This document shows positions 1-12,410 of a stretch of 64,000 bases of DNA, in pieces. Both the position numbers and the translations under genes were made by a program. This stretch comes from Podarcis cretensis (lineage: Eukaryota), in contig OX638151.1 of assembly GCA_951804945.1 (NCBI GenBank), positions 92,008,001 to 92,072,000 on the forward strand, in the 5' to 3' direction. The notes under the pieces are model-generated. The model was not told the DNA's origin. It did not search any database and saw only the letters and a list, made by a program, of their open reading frames with translations. Numbering within the stretch: position 1 is the stretch's first letter; the number at the start of each line of letters is the position of its first letter.

Positions 1-141
1 CTGCCCTCACAGAGCAACATGTGTACTACCTTTTTGGAACATTAAAATACTGCCTTAAGAAACTGACAAAACAGTATGTGGTTTATAAAATGGCGCCCAA
101 CATTAGAAAGACTTTAATTACCCCTCCTGATTATTTCCCAG

Positions 142-325
142 ATAAAGACACTCTTGCCAGGTGAACACCAGCAGGTTTTAAGCAACTTGCAGTCCCGCTT
201 TGATGACTTCCTTGAAGACAGCCAGGAGTCCAAAGCCTTTTCAGTTGCTGACATCGCTCAGCTGGAGAGGGAGGTGAATGTGTGCAAGCAGTACTACCAA
301 GAGCTCCTTAAGTCTGCAGAGAGAG
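142..325 (+). CDS. DST: DST plakin-domain exon ([11 protein letters not shown]...LLKSAER)
   Basis: Acceptor ttcccag at 141, donor g|gtaaat at 326; phase 0 to 1. Confidence 0.95.
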
Positions 326-642
326 GTAAATATAGCACATCAACTGTGCAGAAGTCTCCCATAAGATGCGTATGGTATTGACTACCTTTTCAATGTTACA
401 TATGTGAACTATACTGCTGTGGCTCTTTCACAGCGGTGCTCATTTCAGAAGCAGAGAGGGAAATAGATACCAGTGGAAGATGTGAGTTGGTAAAGTCCAA
501 AGGCCCATTCTTTTTTACAGTGTCAAATGGAAAAAATGAGCAGCTTGCATGAGTATTTGTTATTTTTTCTACAGTTGCTGCTGCACTGTTTTCAAATCAG
601 ACACACACTTTGGCATGTATGCTTTTGGCATGCATATGTAGT

Positions 643-968
643 AAAAAGGTAATGGGACCCCTGACCATTAGGTCCAGTTGTGACTGACTCTGGGGTTGCG
701 GTGCTCATCTTGCTTTATTGGCCGAGGGAGCCGGCATACAGCTTTCGGGTCATGTGGCCAGCATGACTAACCAGAGCAGTGCACGGAAACACCGTTTACC
801 TTCCCTCCGGAGCAGTACCTATTTATCTACTTGCACTTTGACGTGCTTTTGAACTGCTAGGTTGGCAGGAGCTGGGACCGAACAACGGGACCTCACCCCG
901 TCTCGGGGATTCGAACCGCTGACCTTCTGATCAGCAAGTCCTAGGCTCTGTGGTTTAACCCACAGCAC
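643..968 (-). mobile_element. Sauria SINE (Squam1 type), nearly full length
   Basis: Reverse strand reads gtgctgtgggttaaaccacagagcctagg...ggttcgaatcccc (B box)...agtagataaataggtac...gctggccacatgacccg...ggggtccc and an (acctt)-type tail. Confidence 0.9.
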
Positions 969-2818
969 ATAAGCAATTACATAGGTCTAACAGTGAGCAC
1001 TCAGAGCCAGTTCAGACATTAAGATGTTGCTTTTCAAATAGCAGAAAAGGAAGTGTGATATTTTGTGTCCCGCGTCCCACATGGTATAGGTCAGTTGACT
1101 GTAACTCTCTATACTTGTTTTGTGTCTGTTTGAAATCAGTGAGCTGTCATTAACACAGATGGTCCTGAGAAAATCACTTATGAAATGGGAAGGAAAAAGA
1201 AGAGCTGATCTTCCCATGATTCCCCTTCTGTTTGTTTTGTTGTTCATAACACAGAGAACTGATTCAAATATTGAAATGTTATATTGCAGATAAAAGAACT
1301 TGTGCCCCTGCATATTTGCTGAAAATGTAATATGCGTTTTACTGGCACACAATTTGAGATCTCAATTGGGTTCCTAAAATGAGCTGGTAATAATTTGTGT
1401 GAGTAAATAGAACAATTATTTTGGCAGGTTGCACAATAAGAGGAAGAACATCTGTTACTGTTACACACAAATGTACAAGGAACATATTTTTCCTCTCAAA
1501 ATAAAATACCAGGAGTATCATACCACATCACTTACATTTGTTTACTTACTCTCCTTAAAAAATAAATAAATCTGCAAGTATGTCATAAATGGACCCTATA
1601 TCCTTTGGGAAAACTGTAAGAGTATCTGCTTTTAAAAAGTCTTTGAAGTTCTTCCTTGCTGTTGTAAATATTCCATCTTCATTCTGAAAATATATATCAC
1701 TGAGCCTTAAATGCTTCCATAAAGCTGAATAGATATATTATATTATGCATTCAGGCTGATGCTGATATAGAAAGGAATGCAATAACAGATGAAAGCTGAT
1801 TAAAGTAAATATATAAGTACGGAGCAGAGATATACTGTGCTCGACTGTGTATCTGGAGAAAATGATAAGGGATTCATTTCTATAGATTTAATACCATCTT
1901 ATTATGAAATCATCTCTGGACAAACCGTAAACAATCCAATTAATCACTGTGCATACACAAATGGGATGATAATACCTATGACTAAAGTGATGTGCATATT
2001 AGTTTTTTGGGGGATGCCCATATTTAGACATGATGATGATAATGCATAGCAAGCAAGAAGTTGATTTTGTGTCCTGCTGTTATGATGTTTGCATTTCTCC
2101 ACTTGAGAAGATGCTCAAGGTGACCCCAATTTGTGAACTTCCACATTTCCCCTTGGGGAGAAAATCTGTTGGAATGAGGGGGGAGTTTGCTAGATTTGTT
2201 TATGCTTGTTATTGCAAATGTACAGAGGTACCTTTGAAATATGGTTGGCTGGGGAAATTGTGGGTCTAAAGTAACAGCAATCTGAAAATTTTCAAATGCA
2301 TTCAAACCTGTTACTAAAATAGATTTTTTTTTGTGTGTGGTAAAGAACATTCTTTACTGGCTTTTGACCAATTTGAATGGTGAAACTCCACAGAGTGGGC
2401 AATATTCTGCCTGTTTAAAATGTATATTATTTTATGGAAAGGTGGTTTTTATATTATTTATTTATTGAATTTATATACTGCCCTACACCTGCAGGTCTCA
2501 GTATAAGTGGGGTGTAAGTTTCAGTTTCTGTATATTTTAATAGTTGTAGCAAACATATTAGCTTTTTAAAAAAGAGAGATGGAGAACCATGGAAACAAGA
2601 ATTTGAAGACATGCTTCCTCTTCTCCCTACATTGTTAGCACATCCCTTTCTCCTCTTGACCACTTCCCATTAAAGTTAATTGCACATTTCCTTTAGATGA
2701 AGCAGAGACACTGCAGACAAGGTTATAGCACTGTGACTTTAGAATATCTGTTGTGCGGCGGCAGAAGAACATTAAATATACTTGGTTTTACTTGCATTCT
2801 TCCATTTCCTTCCAACAG

Positions 2819-2976
2819 AGGAGCATGAAGAATCCATTTACAACCTATACATCTCAGAAGTTCGAAACATGAGACTTCGTTTGGAGAATTGTGAAGATCG
2901 TTTGATTAGGCAGATTCGAACCCCACTGGAGAGAGATGACTTACATGAAAGTGTATTTCGGATCTCAGAACAAGAG
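2819..2976 (+). CDS. DST: DST plakin-domain exon ([11 protein letters not shown]...RISEQE)
   Basis: ccaacag acceptor, gag|gtgagt donor; phase 1 to 0. Confidence 0.95.
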
Positions 2977-3419
2977 GTGAGTCTTCTGAGCTTCTCTGTG
3001 GGCTCTCCAAAGCTCATGAAATGTAACAGTCGTGTAATGATGAGCTCATAAAGAGCTTATTCAGAAGGGACTGCTACAATTATCTGCATGGCTGCATCTA
3101 CAAATTAAAACGAGTAATGTTCACTTGTAGAGCTAATTAAAGTGAAGTAAACATTTGAGCCACCAGTTGGTTTTGGGGCAGTCTGTTTACAAATGCCTTC
3201 ATTTTGGAATTCCCAAACCAAGCAGGTAAGCTTTACTGGTTCTTTGAAGATAAAAGTGAGCAAAGATCTTATCAAAGAAGTCTTTTGGTTTTTGTGTGGC
3301 AGTGGTTACGACTTTTGAGTTCTAGCTCGGATTAACTAGTTTTGCTTCTATTGGCTTGAACCCTAGCTAGTTGTCTTGATTCTGAGTATATTTCACTAGT
3401 CCTCAACAAATGGAAGGGC

Positions 3420-3669
3420 AAACAAACAATGGAAGGACACAACCATCCTACACTAAGAATAGGCAATAGAACGAAAGAATGATATCCCCATCTCTCTCCC
3501 CACTTTCCCTTTCCCCCAACTGCAAGATGTCTATGACAAAAATGTCTCTTACCAAATGTAAACGAACTGTGAAAAAGACAATGAATTGAAAGTGGAGACA
3601 GTAGATGTACCGTTCACTGTTTATCTGTTTGCTTTGTAACACAAAACCCCAATAAAAAGCAATTTAGAA
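3420..3669 (+). mobile_element. 5'-truncated retroposed insertion, L1-like 3' end, with 12-bp target-site duplication
   Basis: aaatggaagggc at both 3408-3419 and 3670-3681; the insert ends aataaaaagcaatttagaa. Confidence 0.6.
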
Positions 3670-3699
3670 AAATGGAAGGGCTCATTTCAATTTCAAAAG

Positions 3700-3789
3700 C
3701 ATAACTGTCAACTTTTCCCTTTTCTTGTAAGGAATCCTATTTGGAATAAGGGAATTTCCCTTGAAAAACGGGAAACGTTGACAGCTATG
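3700..3789. mobile_element. 90-bp hAT-type MITE
   Basis: TIRs cataactgtcaac / gttgacagctatg; 8-bp flanks ttcaaaag and ttcagaag (7/8 match). Confidence 0.75.
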
Positions 3790-4025
3790 TTCAGAAGGAA
3801 CTGAGATTCAGTGGAGGTTCCCCACAGGGGTACAAAGGCAGGGCAGTTTTTTGTGATTTCCTCTTTCCCCTGTAGCCTCTCACGCTGCTCCAAAGGGTCC
3901 TATAACCCTTTGCTCATATTATCTTCTATAGTATTAGTGACTCTTGACCTAAGGATGCTTATTATGATTGTTTGAGAACTGCTCCTTGCTATAGGGGGAA
4001 AAACATTTCATCTTTGGTTCTGTAG

Positions 4026-4204
4026 AAACTGAAGAAGGATCTGGATCGACTCAAGGAGGACTTGGAAACAATAACAGACAAATGCGATGATTTTTTCAGT
4101 CAAGCTGCTGGTTCGCCCTCAGTTCCTACTCTGCGGTCGGAGCTTAACCTAGTAATTCAAAATATGAATCAGGTTTACTCCATGTCTTCCATTTACATAG
4201 AAAA
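4026..4204 (+). CDS. DST: DST plakin-domain exon ([13 protein letters not shown]...SSIYIEK)
   Basis: ctgtag acceptor, aa|gtaagt donor; read manually, absent from the ORF track; phase 0 to 2. Confidence 0.95.
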
Positions 4205-4533
4205 GTAAGTAAGCCATCAAGTCATTCACATTTTGTAACACTTTTTCATCATCATCATCATCATCATTTGATAGGATAATGTAGCGTGTGCTTGGAGGGG
4301 AAGCTGGGTATATTCACAGTTTTGAATATATTTTGTTGAATTGAATAATAGATACAGAATTTCATATGGCCGCCTTGAAAGTGTTTATAAAGTTGAAAGG
4401 CCAGAAATAAATTTAAACAAACAAACAAATAGAAGAATGATCTTAGTCGTATAGTCATCATATACTAAAACAAGTTTTAAAACTTTAGAACTATTTGGAA
4501 ATTATGAATGACAAGTGATCCCTTTTGTTTCAG

Positions 4534-4672
4534 GTTAAAAACTATAAATTTGGTGCTGAAAAACACCCAAGGAGCCGAAGCACTGGTAAAACTCTATGAG
4601 ACTAAACTATGTGAGGAAGAACCATTAACTGCTGACAAGAGCAATATTGAGAACCTTATGGCTACGTTGAAG
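4534..4672 (+). CDS. DST: DST plakin-domain exon ([29 protein letters not shown]...ATLK)
   Basis: tttcag acceptor, aag|gtattc donor; phase 2 to 0. Confidence 0.95.
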
Positions 4673-4864
4673 GTATTCTTATGATGTACAGAAAAATAAT
4701 AATGAGAAATAGGTGTGCTTTTGAGTGATATAAAGAAGTAAAGGAGATTGATATATACAATATATATACACAAATGTAAGAACATTAGCATCCTCTTCTC
4801 TCAGTGGCCAGTCAGATGCCTGTGGGAAATTTGCAACAGGACTGAGCGCAAGAGCACACACTCT

Positions 4865-5070
4865 GCTGTGGTTTTCAGAAACTGGTATTCAGAAGTGTTA
4901 CTGTCTCAGACCTTGGAGACAGAGCATAGCCATCAATAGCCCTCTCTTCCATGAATTTGTCTAAACTTCCTTATCCAAGTGGGTGGCCCTCATTGCTTCC
5001 TGTAGGAGCAAATTCCACAGTTTAACAATGTACGGTGGAAATAAGTACTTTATTTTATCTGTCTTGAATC
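4865..5070 (-). mobile_element. CR1-clade LINE 3' fragment
   Basis: Reverse strand encodes a degenerate ORF2 C-terminus (FKTDKIKYLF...IVKLWNLLLQEAM...LDKFMEE-like) followed by 3'UTR. Confidence 0.7.
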
Positions 5071-5294
5071 ATCTGCTTTCTGTTTGGCCTTTAGAAGAAT
5101 GGAAACGAAGTAACATGAGTGGCATTGAGATGTAGCCAGTTGACTGGTCAAATATTGTGAATTAGGAATGAATGCTGATTATTATGTCATTTCCCAGTAA
5201 CACTTAGCTAAGAGCTGAGCTGCATATTACACCATCTTGTGAAAAGAAGACCAGAAGTTTAGAATCCTGAGGTTTTCCTCTCATCCCTATAGGG

Positions 5295-5424
5295 CAGGGA
5301 TTAGGAACCTGTCCTCCTCCAGATGTTGCTGGACTCTAACTCTCATCAGCCTCAGCCAGCATGGCCAATGGTCAGGGATGATGGGTGTTGTAGTCCAACA
5401 ACATTTGGAGGTTCTGTATCCCTG
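5295..5424. mobile_element. Palindromic hAT (Charlie-like) MITE; further copies at about 25600-25700, 37117-37245, 38058-38332, 49770-49897 and 52553-52681
   Basis: cagg...cctg termini, internal ccagatgttgctggact / agtccaacaacatttgg inverted repeat, 8-bp flanks resembling NTCTAGAN. Confidence 0.75.
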
Positions 5425-5863
5425 TTATAGGCAACAAAAGATGGAGGAACTTGAAGTAGTCACTGGTCCCTTTCCTTCCCATATGGTTCTTCAGAAAAGA
5501 AAAACACAGCCAAATTACTACCAGGAAAGAATGCAGCCTTTTCCCTTCCTTCTTATGCAGCTAATTTTCCTTAACTGCTGAGAAGTGGAAGACCAGGGAA
5601 GAATAGCCACATGAGAGATAAACTTAGGTATGCCTATAATTAGCAAAGTATTCCTCTTCATTATAGTTACAGAAGCAGTTATGGTGCAAATACAAAACCA
5701 TTGTTTATAGCATTTCACTGAAAATTTGGGTGCTTTGTTTGTTTCCCACATGGATACCCTATGACTAATTATTAATATGATGCATTAGTTAGTAATGATG
5801 CATATTGATTTGAAACAGCAGCATTATGATCTGTATTGAGATGTCACATGTTTTGTGTACCAG

Positions 5864-6057
5864 CAATGGAGATCAGAGGTTGATGTAAAAAGAGAAGTAT
5901 TCCATGCTCTAGAAGATGAACTCCAGAAAGCTAAAGCAATTAGTGATCAGATGTTTAAAACACACAAGGAACGTGATCTCGACTTCGACTGGCACAAAGA
6001 GAAAGCAGATCAGCTGACTGAGAGATGGCAGAATGTTCATTCTCAGATTGAGAACAG
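5864..6057 (+). CDS. DST: DST plakin-domain exon ([11 protein letters not shown]...HSQIENR)
   Basis: taccag acceptor, ag|gttagt donor; lies within ORF 5855-6124; phase 0 to 2. Confidence 0.95.
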
Positions 6058-7056
6058 GTTAGTACTCCTACTTTCTTTTCAGAAACTTCAGAGTGAAACC
6101 TTGCATCATGCACAGCATAACTGAGGAGAGAAAGAAATAAAGAAGATAAAACTTCTCTGGTTTGGTCATGTCCATTTTGACAGGAGGGTGGGAGCTGCTT
6201 TCTTGAGACAACTCCTATAATATATATATGAAGGAACACTGAGCAGTGAATATGGTTCCTTCATGCATACGCAAGGCCGTCCCTAGGGAAGTGTGTGGAG
6301 CTGGACAAATCTTACTGTTTGGGCTCCTTGTTGCCTTCACCTACCCCCTGCCTGGCCCAGTAGTGGCCGTGGCTCCTCTTCAGTCTCCCTGTGGAGAGTC
6401 GCCACTTAACATGTGGGAAACCAGCTGCTGATTCACCAAGCGTGTGGAAGTGTTCCTGTTTTACACTGAATTCCACCATTGTACAAATCCATCCAACTGC
6501 TACCAGTGCATTGACAGTAAACTTACACATTGCATATGAAGAAAACCTTCAGTAAACACATTTCTCTGCACCTCCTCCTAAGGTTTGTTTTTTTGGGTTT
6601 TTTTGCAGCTTCTGTTAGTAGCAACGGTCTCTCCTCCCCTTTCTTTCCCTCTGGCTTAATTTTTTTCCTTCTTTTGCTGCGTCTTTAGTATTGGCACTGG
6701 GATTCTTTGCCTCCACCTCCCTGCTTTTCTCTAAGAGCGAAGAAGATGGAAAGATTTGCCCGGTGGGCGAGAAGCTGCAGGGCCAACTAAACCCAGGGCT
6801 GTCACCTCCATGTGGCACCCTTAATGACCCTGTGCACATGTTACTGCAGCAATGTGGAAAGAAGCCACAGGGAAGCAACTTCCACACTGTGGCTTCTGCA
6901 AGATACATGCTGCACATCTGTGATTCCCTTGGTTCAATCCTTGCTGTCTTCAGGAAAGCATGCCTGTCTTAGAAGCACTGAGTTCTGGGTTCGCAATAGG
7001 CGGCACTGTGTGGGTAGTCTTCTGTCCTGACAGTTTAAGGTACTCTTACCTCCTGT

Positions 7057-7059
<3 letters not shown>

Positions 7060-7107
<48 letters not shown>
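7060..7107. repeat. (TA)n microsatellite, about 24 units
   Basis: Read directly. Confidence 0.95.
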
Positions 7108-7112
<5 letters not shown>

Positions 7113-8404
7113 AAACCTGGCTAGTTATCAGTATAATTTTTCTTCAGCTGTATAAAACTTAGCCATTTTAACTATTGCCCACATTATTTACTAACTGCTA
7201 CTCCCAGAACAAGAGGGGCCATAGAGAGGTATGGAGGTGGGGGTTCTACTACCCCACAGCCTCAGCCAGGCCAGGCCAAGCCGGAAGGTTGGTGAAGGAG
7301 CATTTGCTTTTTCCTGTTCCTTTTCTTCTTCCTGCTGCACCAGTATCAGGCTGGGGAAATAGACTGAGGTAGGACTGAGCAGGTCCCTGGCCCCAGCTCT
7401 CAAAATGCTCTATTTCAGTGTCTTACACTGCGTACTGCTGTTGGGAGCACTGATGACAACAGTATTTCCACTGCCTCACTTTCCACAGTTTCAGCTTTCT
7501 GTGGGAGTGTCCCAAGTGGTAGACAACAGTGGACAGGGGAATCCCTTCAATCTTAACCCCCTCCAGCACCACAGGTCAGTTTTTAGGATTGCAGTTATCG
7601 GAATTACCACATGATGTTTCACTTTTTTTCTTCTCTTTCTGCCTCAAACATGAAAACTACAGGAAAAAAGTTCCTTATTTTTATTATTATTCCTGTAGAT
7701 TGCAAGGCCCTTTTCTATAAAGACTTTTGTAATAGATTAGGTACCTGTTTTTCCCTAACAACCATGGATTTAGTCAGCATATGAAGAACTAGGAATTTAT
7801 TCTAAAGTGAGTCTTTTCTCCACATTCTAATCCTGAAGTTTTGCAACTGAGGAATACTGTTGCAGGACATGGAACGTGACTGCTCCGTTTTTTTTCCTTT
7901 TGTTTTTTAAGCTGCTGCTGAATTCTACATAACTTCCCTCTAGTGGTCACCCTGAGTAGCTTTTTATGTCTAAAATACACTGGTACATGTAAGCATCCTT
8001 GTCTGAATCTGGAGGTTATCATGGCAGAGGATTCACTTATTTTTCAATGCCTGGCATTTGAAATGAGGAACTTGTAGATAGAGACAAAGCCCTTTGAAAT
8101 AAGGAACACAGGGAGAGACATCTGGCTTCCTATAAAGATGAAGGGATGTTTGATAGAGAGATAGAAGGTTGCCTGGAGCTTTATGAACCCAGGAATGTAT
8201 GTTCTTTGGCATGTATTCCTCAGAACTAATACATTTCTTGATAACTGTGAGCTCCTCAAAAAAGGCATGGAAATTAAAAAGAACTCAGAGAGGTTTTTTT
8301 TATGAAATTGGCAAAGCCTTTCATTCTGAAGGTTTGCAGCAGAAATCCTGAGAAAAGGACTTCTAGCCGAATGATGGCTTCTGACAGCCAGCTGTTTATG
8401 AAGT

Positions 8405-8585
8405 GGCGTAACCTAGTGCTGAGCTACAAACCAGGAATTTCTAATTTCACCTTTGCCCTGAACTTACTGTGTAGCCTTAGGCAATCTCTGTTCTGTTTCA
8501 GACTTAGCACCCACCCCAAAGATCTTTATTGTGCGGGGAATAATAATACTGACTTGCCCATACAAGGTTATTGTAAGGTTGCTGG
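8405..8585 (+). mobile_element. Old CORE/MIR-like SINE
   Basis: actgtgtagccttaggcaa...gggaataataatactgac...caaggttattgtaagg resembles the CORE domain. Confidence 0.5.
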
Positions 8586-8667
8586 TGGTGATGATGGTTA
8601 GTTCTTTATTGTCATTGCTACTAGTTTGTTCTTCCTCACTGAAACAGCTTGCTTTTCACTCAACCAG

Positions 8668-8830
8668 GTTGCGTGACTTAGAAGCTATCAATAAATCCCT
8701 AAAGTACTACAGGGATACATATGGTGCACTGGATAACTGGATCAAGCAAGTCGAAGAAACTCAGCAGAGATTCCAGGAAAACCCACCTCAGAACAGTAAA
8801 GCTCTGGCCAAACAGCTAAACCAGCAAAAG
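8668..8830 (+). CDS. DST: DST plakin-domain exon ([14 protein letters not shown]...QLNQQK)
   Basis: aaccag acceptor, aag|gtaaaa donor; phase 2 to 0. Confidence 0.95.
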
Positions 8831-9284
8831 GTAAAAGCTTGATCGATTGATTTAATTTGTTTATATGCCACCTTTCTGTAGTGAGCTGATAAAAAATATC
8901 CACTTATAACATGCAGGTTTTGTTCTAGGGCTTAGATGTAAAGAATTAATAACTAAGCTAAAGACAGCCAGTTTCAGTTCAGCTAATAAGAAATTTCCCA
9001 TTTTAAGCAGTGTACTGGATATACCTCTAGTGTGTTTCTGCATATGTTGGTTGAGGGGCAATGTCCCCCCCTTCCATTTTTCTTATAGAGCCAAAGGTAA
9101 TTTATAAAGTGGACCACCGGGAAACAGCCTTTCATGCTAAGTTTTTATACATAAACACAACTTTCAAGTTTTCAGTCTAGTATGTTTTAAAAAACAAGCA
9201 GAACACCAGCCTTTAGGATGGAGAAAGTTGCATAGGTTGATACTGTTACATTTACATACTAAAATTCTCTTGTTTATTTTACAG

Positions 9285-9368
9285 ATGCTAGTTTCGGAAA
9301 TAGAGACAAAACAAAACAAGCTAGATGAATGCCAGAAGCACTCAGAGCAGTATTCAGCTGCAGTAAAG
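9285..9368 (+). CDS. DST: DST exon ([28 protein letters not shown])
   Basis: tttacag acceptor, aag|gtaaag donor; 84 nt, phase 0. Confidence 0.95.
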
Positions 9369-9736
9369 GTAAAGCTATAACTTCTCTGCACAGTTATTAT
9401 TATTTTTTAATTCTTTGTGGAAATGTGAGCATTGCTCAGCATCCAGAATGACAACAGTGATGCTGCTGTTCCTGCACCTGGAAGTCTGGGTGTGGAAATG
9501 TGGAAGCTGCCGTGTCTTCTGAGAGATACACTTTACACATTGCTTCACATGTTGCTGTTACTGCCACAGCTGCTGCTCCAATCCACATTGTTAGGCCGCA
9601 TTGTATCAGTGGGCGCTGGCAGCAGTAGTGGGCTGGGGTGGCGGCTCTCAGCCGAACTCTAGCATAGGCAATCCGGTGCTCCTTCCAGTGCATTTGCAAA
9701 ATGCTGACCTTGCTGCTGCCTCACCTATACCTCATA

Positions 9737-10106
9737 GTGGCACTGTGGTCTAAACCACTGAGCCTCTTGGGCTTGCCGATCAGAAGGTCAATGGTTTGAA
9801 TCCCCGTGACAGGGTGAGCTCCCATTGCTCTGTTCCAGCTCCTGCCAACCTAGCAGTTCGAAAGCATGCCAGTGCACGTAGATAAATAGGTACCTCTGCG
9901 GTGGGAAGGTAAATGGCGTTTCTGTGCACTCTGGTTTCCGTCACGGTGTTCCATTGCGCCAGAAGTGGTTTAGTCATGCTAGCCACATGACCTGGAAAAG
10001 CTGTCTGTGGACAAACACCAGCTCCCTCGGCCTGAAAGTGAGATGAGCACTACACCCCATAGTCGCCTTTGATTGGACTTAACCATCATGGGGTCCTTTA
10101 CCTTTT
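9737..10106 (+). mobile_element. Sauria SINE, longer subfamily
   Basis: gtggcactgtggtctaaaccactgagcctcttgggcttgccgatcagaaggtc...gataaataggtacc...ggggtcctttacctttt. Confidence 0.9.
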
Positions 10107-10829
10107 TTATCTTAAACTGCAGCAGCACCACGGACCAGAGGTCAGGCAAACAGTGCCACCCCACCATGCCACCCTCTCCTGTGCTGCTGGGTGTGGTCTG
10201 TAATCAGACAATCCAACCTACCCACTTGAGTGGCAGCTTTACCTGTCACCAAAACAACAGAGAAAAGCCAAGAGAAACCTCCAATGGTCCTGTTCAGCTG
10301 TGTGCAGGCATTCTTCCTATCTCTACTTCTGTTTCCAGAGTGACGGGTTTTGTATGGAAAACTATCAATGAAACCTGCCAGTTGAGCTGAGGGAAGTTGC
10401 TGTTTCCCAGTCCAGTTATAATGTGAGTTCCACAGAAGCTGCATTGTCTTCTTTTACACTCCAGCTTCACTGCCTTAGTGTCACAGGATATCCAGGATAT
10501 CTTCTGGTGACTGTCAGCTGACAGGAGTTAATCTTTCCCTTCCAATACCTTGCATCCCCTACCCCTCAAAATCTGTTCTGGAAGATGTTCCCCACCTTCC
10601 AACTGTCCAGATCTTGAGGGGGATCTAGAACTGTCCAGATTGTATGCTATAGGGGGATTGCCTAAAATTGCCTCCTTCCCAGTTCTCCTGACAGATTCCC
10701 TTCTGTCAGCAGACCAGTCGCCATTGGATATCACCCATAGTCTTCAGATGAATTCATGCAGCACTTGAAGGACTCCTAGTATGGAACAAGTAGCTTACAG
10801 GTTTACCTATTTCCATTTATTTTCTGCAG

Positions 10830-10937
10830 GACTATGAGTTGCAAACGATGACATACAGAGCCATGGTTGACTCCCAGCAAAAATCTCCAGTGAAACGCCG
10901 AAGAATGCAGAGCTCCTCTGATTTCATTATCCAAGAG
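10830..10937 (+). CDS. DST: DST exon ([36 protein letters not shown]), includes the basic NLS
   Basis: ttctgcag acceptor, gag|gtagtt donor; 108 nt. Confidence 0.96.
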
Positions 10938-11299
10938 GTAGTTGGACGTGCCTTAATATATAATGCTTTATAATGGCCCACATTCCACTTCTGCATTGTG
11001 AAAGCTTTTGAGCCACGTTCATGAAATACTTTCAGTATAAATATACAAAGCTAGTAATTGATCATGTTACACCCTGCTGCTTCATTCTGGGTGCGGCTAG
11101 TCTAGCTACAGCTACTTGGACAATATATCCAGTCAGAGAGCACGATGTGGTCACCTGAAGTTGCCAGTGTAACATAGATTAGTTTATCACATTATTCCAG
11201 GGTACAGTTTCACCAGTTTCCATATCATCAACTTCAGTGTAATGTGCAAATGTACAGTTGTGGAATGGACTGTGGCCAGTGCCCATGATTCTGAAGAGA

Positions 11300-11510
11300 G
11301 GTGGTTGCTCAGAGGTAGAATACATGATTTCCATGAAGAAGGTTCCAGGTTCAACTACTGGCATCTCTAGCAAGAGGAATCACAGGTTGCATGACAAGGA
11401 ACATCTGGTGGATGATACCTTGGAGAGCTTTTACACATCAGCATAGATAGTACCAAACTGGATGGAACAGTTGGTCTGATTTGGTATAAGGTAGATTAAT
11501 GTGTCCAAAA
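11300..11510 (+). mobile_element. Old tRNA-derived squamate SINE; related copy at about 52400-52735 interrupted by a MITE
   Basis: gctcagaggtaga (A box)...ggttccaggttcaact (B box)...ccttggagagc...ggtctgatttggtataagg. Confidence 0.6.
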
Positions 11511-12311
11511 GAGTTAATGAGGATTTGTAAACGAAAACCCCAAAATCACTGCAATTTAGAAGTTCAGTGTAGGTAGGGAGTTCTTTAGAGTTAAAGGATC
11601 TAAAGAACTTAGATTAAAATGTGGATACTGGTGACCATAGGGTACAACAAACTGACGTTTGGAACCTATCCCTGGCTGTGATTGAAATGAGGCTGCGAAG
11701 AGACATTTCTTTGTTCCAGAGTTTGCAAGCTCACCCATCAGCAAGGTAGAGATTAAGTGCAATCGAGACTGAATATAATCACAGACTCTGTGAATGATAG
11801 CCAGAATACAAAGAGTTACAGAATGATTTATGAAAGATTATGTTCCTGTATATGTCTGTAACCCTCATGTCTTTTCAGGACCCTGAAGCATCCTTTTCTA
11901 ATATAACATATTGAATGATGTCTCTGCTTCATACAGAAAAATGTGTTGGGATTCATTGCATTCAATAATTCATAAAATAAATGATTTAAGGCGTGAGGGG
12001 TTAGGAGGTTAATCCCATGATGAATTTGGTCCTTCATCTTTCATTCTTAAGAGCACCTCCACACCTGCTACCCCCAAAGCAGACAGAAGTCAACTCCTCT
12101 CAACACTCTGTTTGTTACACTGATTCTTCTAAGAATCTGTTGGACTCAGGGTAATCTTTCTAATGTGTTTTGTATATTATGATTTAGGAAGACGCAGTTC
12201 ATTTTTATTTCAGAAATCATCTTGTAACCTCATTTATTCTATATAAAAGTAAATAAATTTAAGACATTCCATTTCAGCATTAATCAGTACCCTTCCTCTG
12301 TTTCATTACAG

Positions 12312-12410
12312 TTTATGGACTTACGAACACGCTACACAGCTTTGGTGACCTTGATGACTCAGTATATAAAGTTTGCTGGTGACTCTCTCAAAAGGCTGGA
12401 GGAGGAAGAG
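12312..12410 (+). CDS. DST: Last DST exon common to all isoforms (FMDLRTRY...KRLEEEE); branch point between e and a/b isoforms
   Basis: attacag acceptor, gag|gtaagt donor; 99 nt, phase 0. Confidence 0.96.

Noticed and set aside
987-2663. Short intronic ORFs of 60-120 aa here and throughout the window
   Set aside because: No splice context or recognisable protein motifs; consistent with chance ORFs or antisense shadows of exons.
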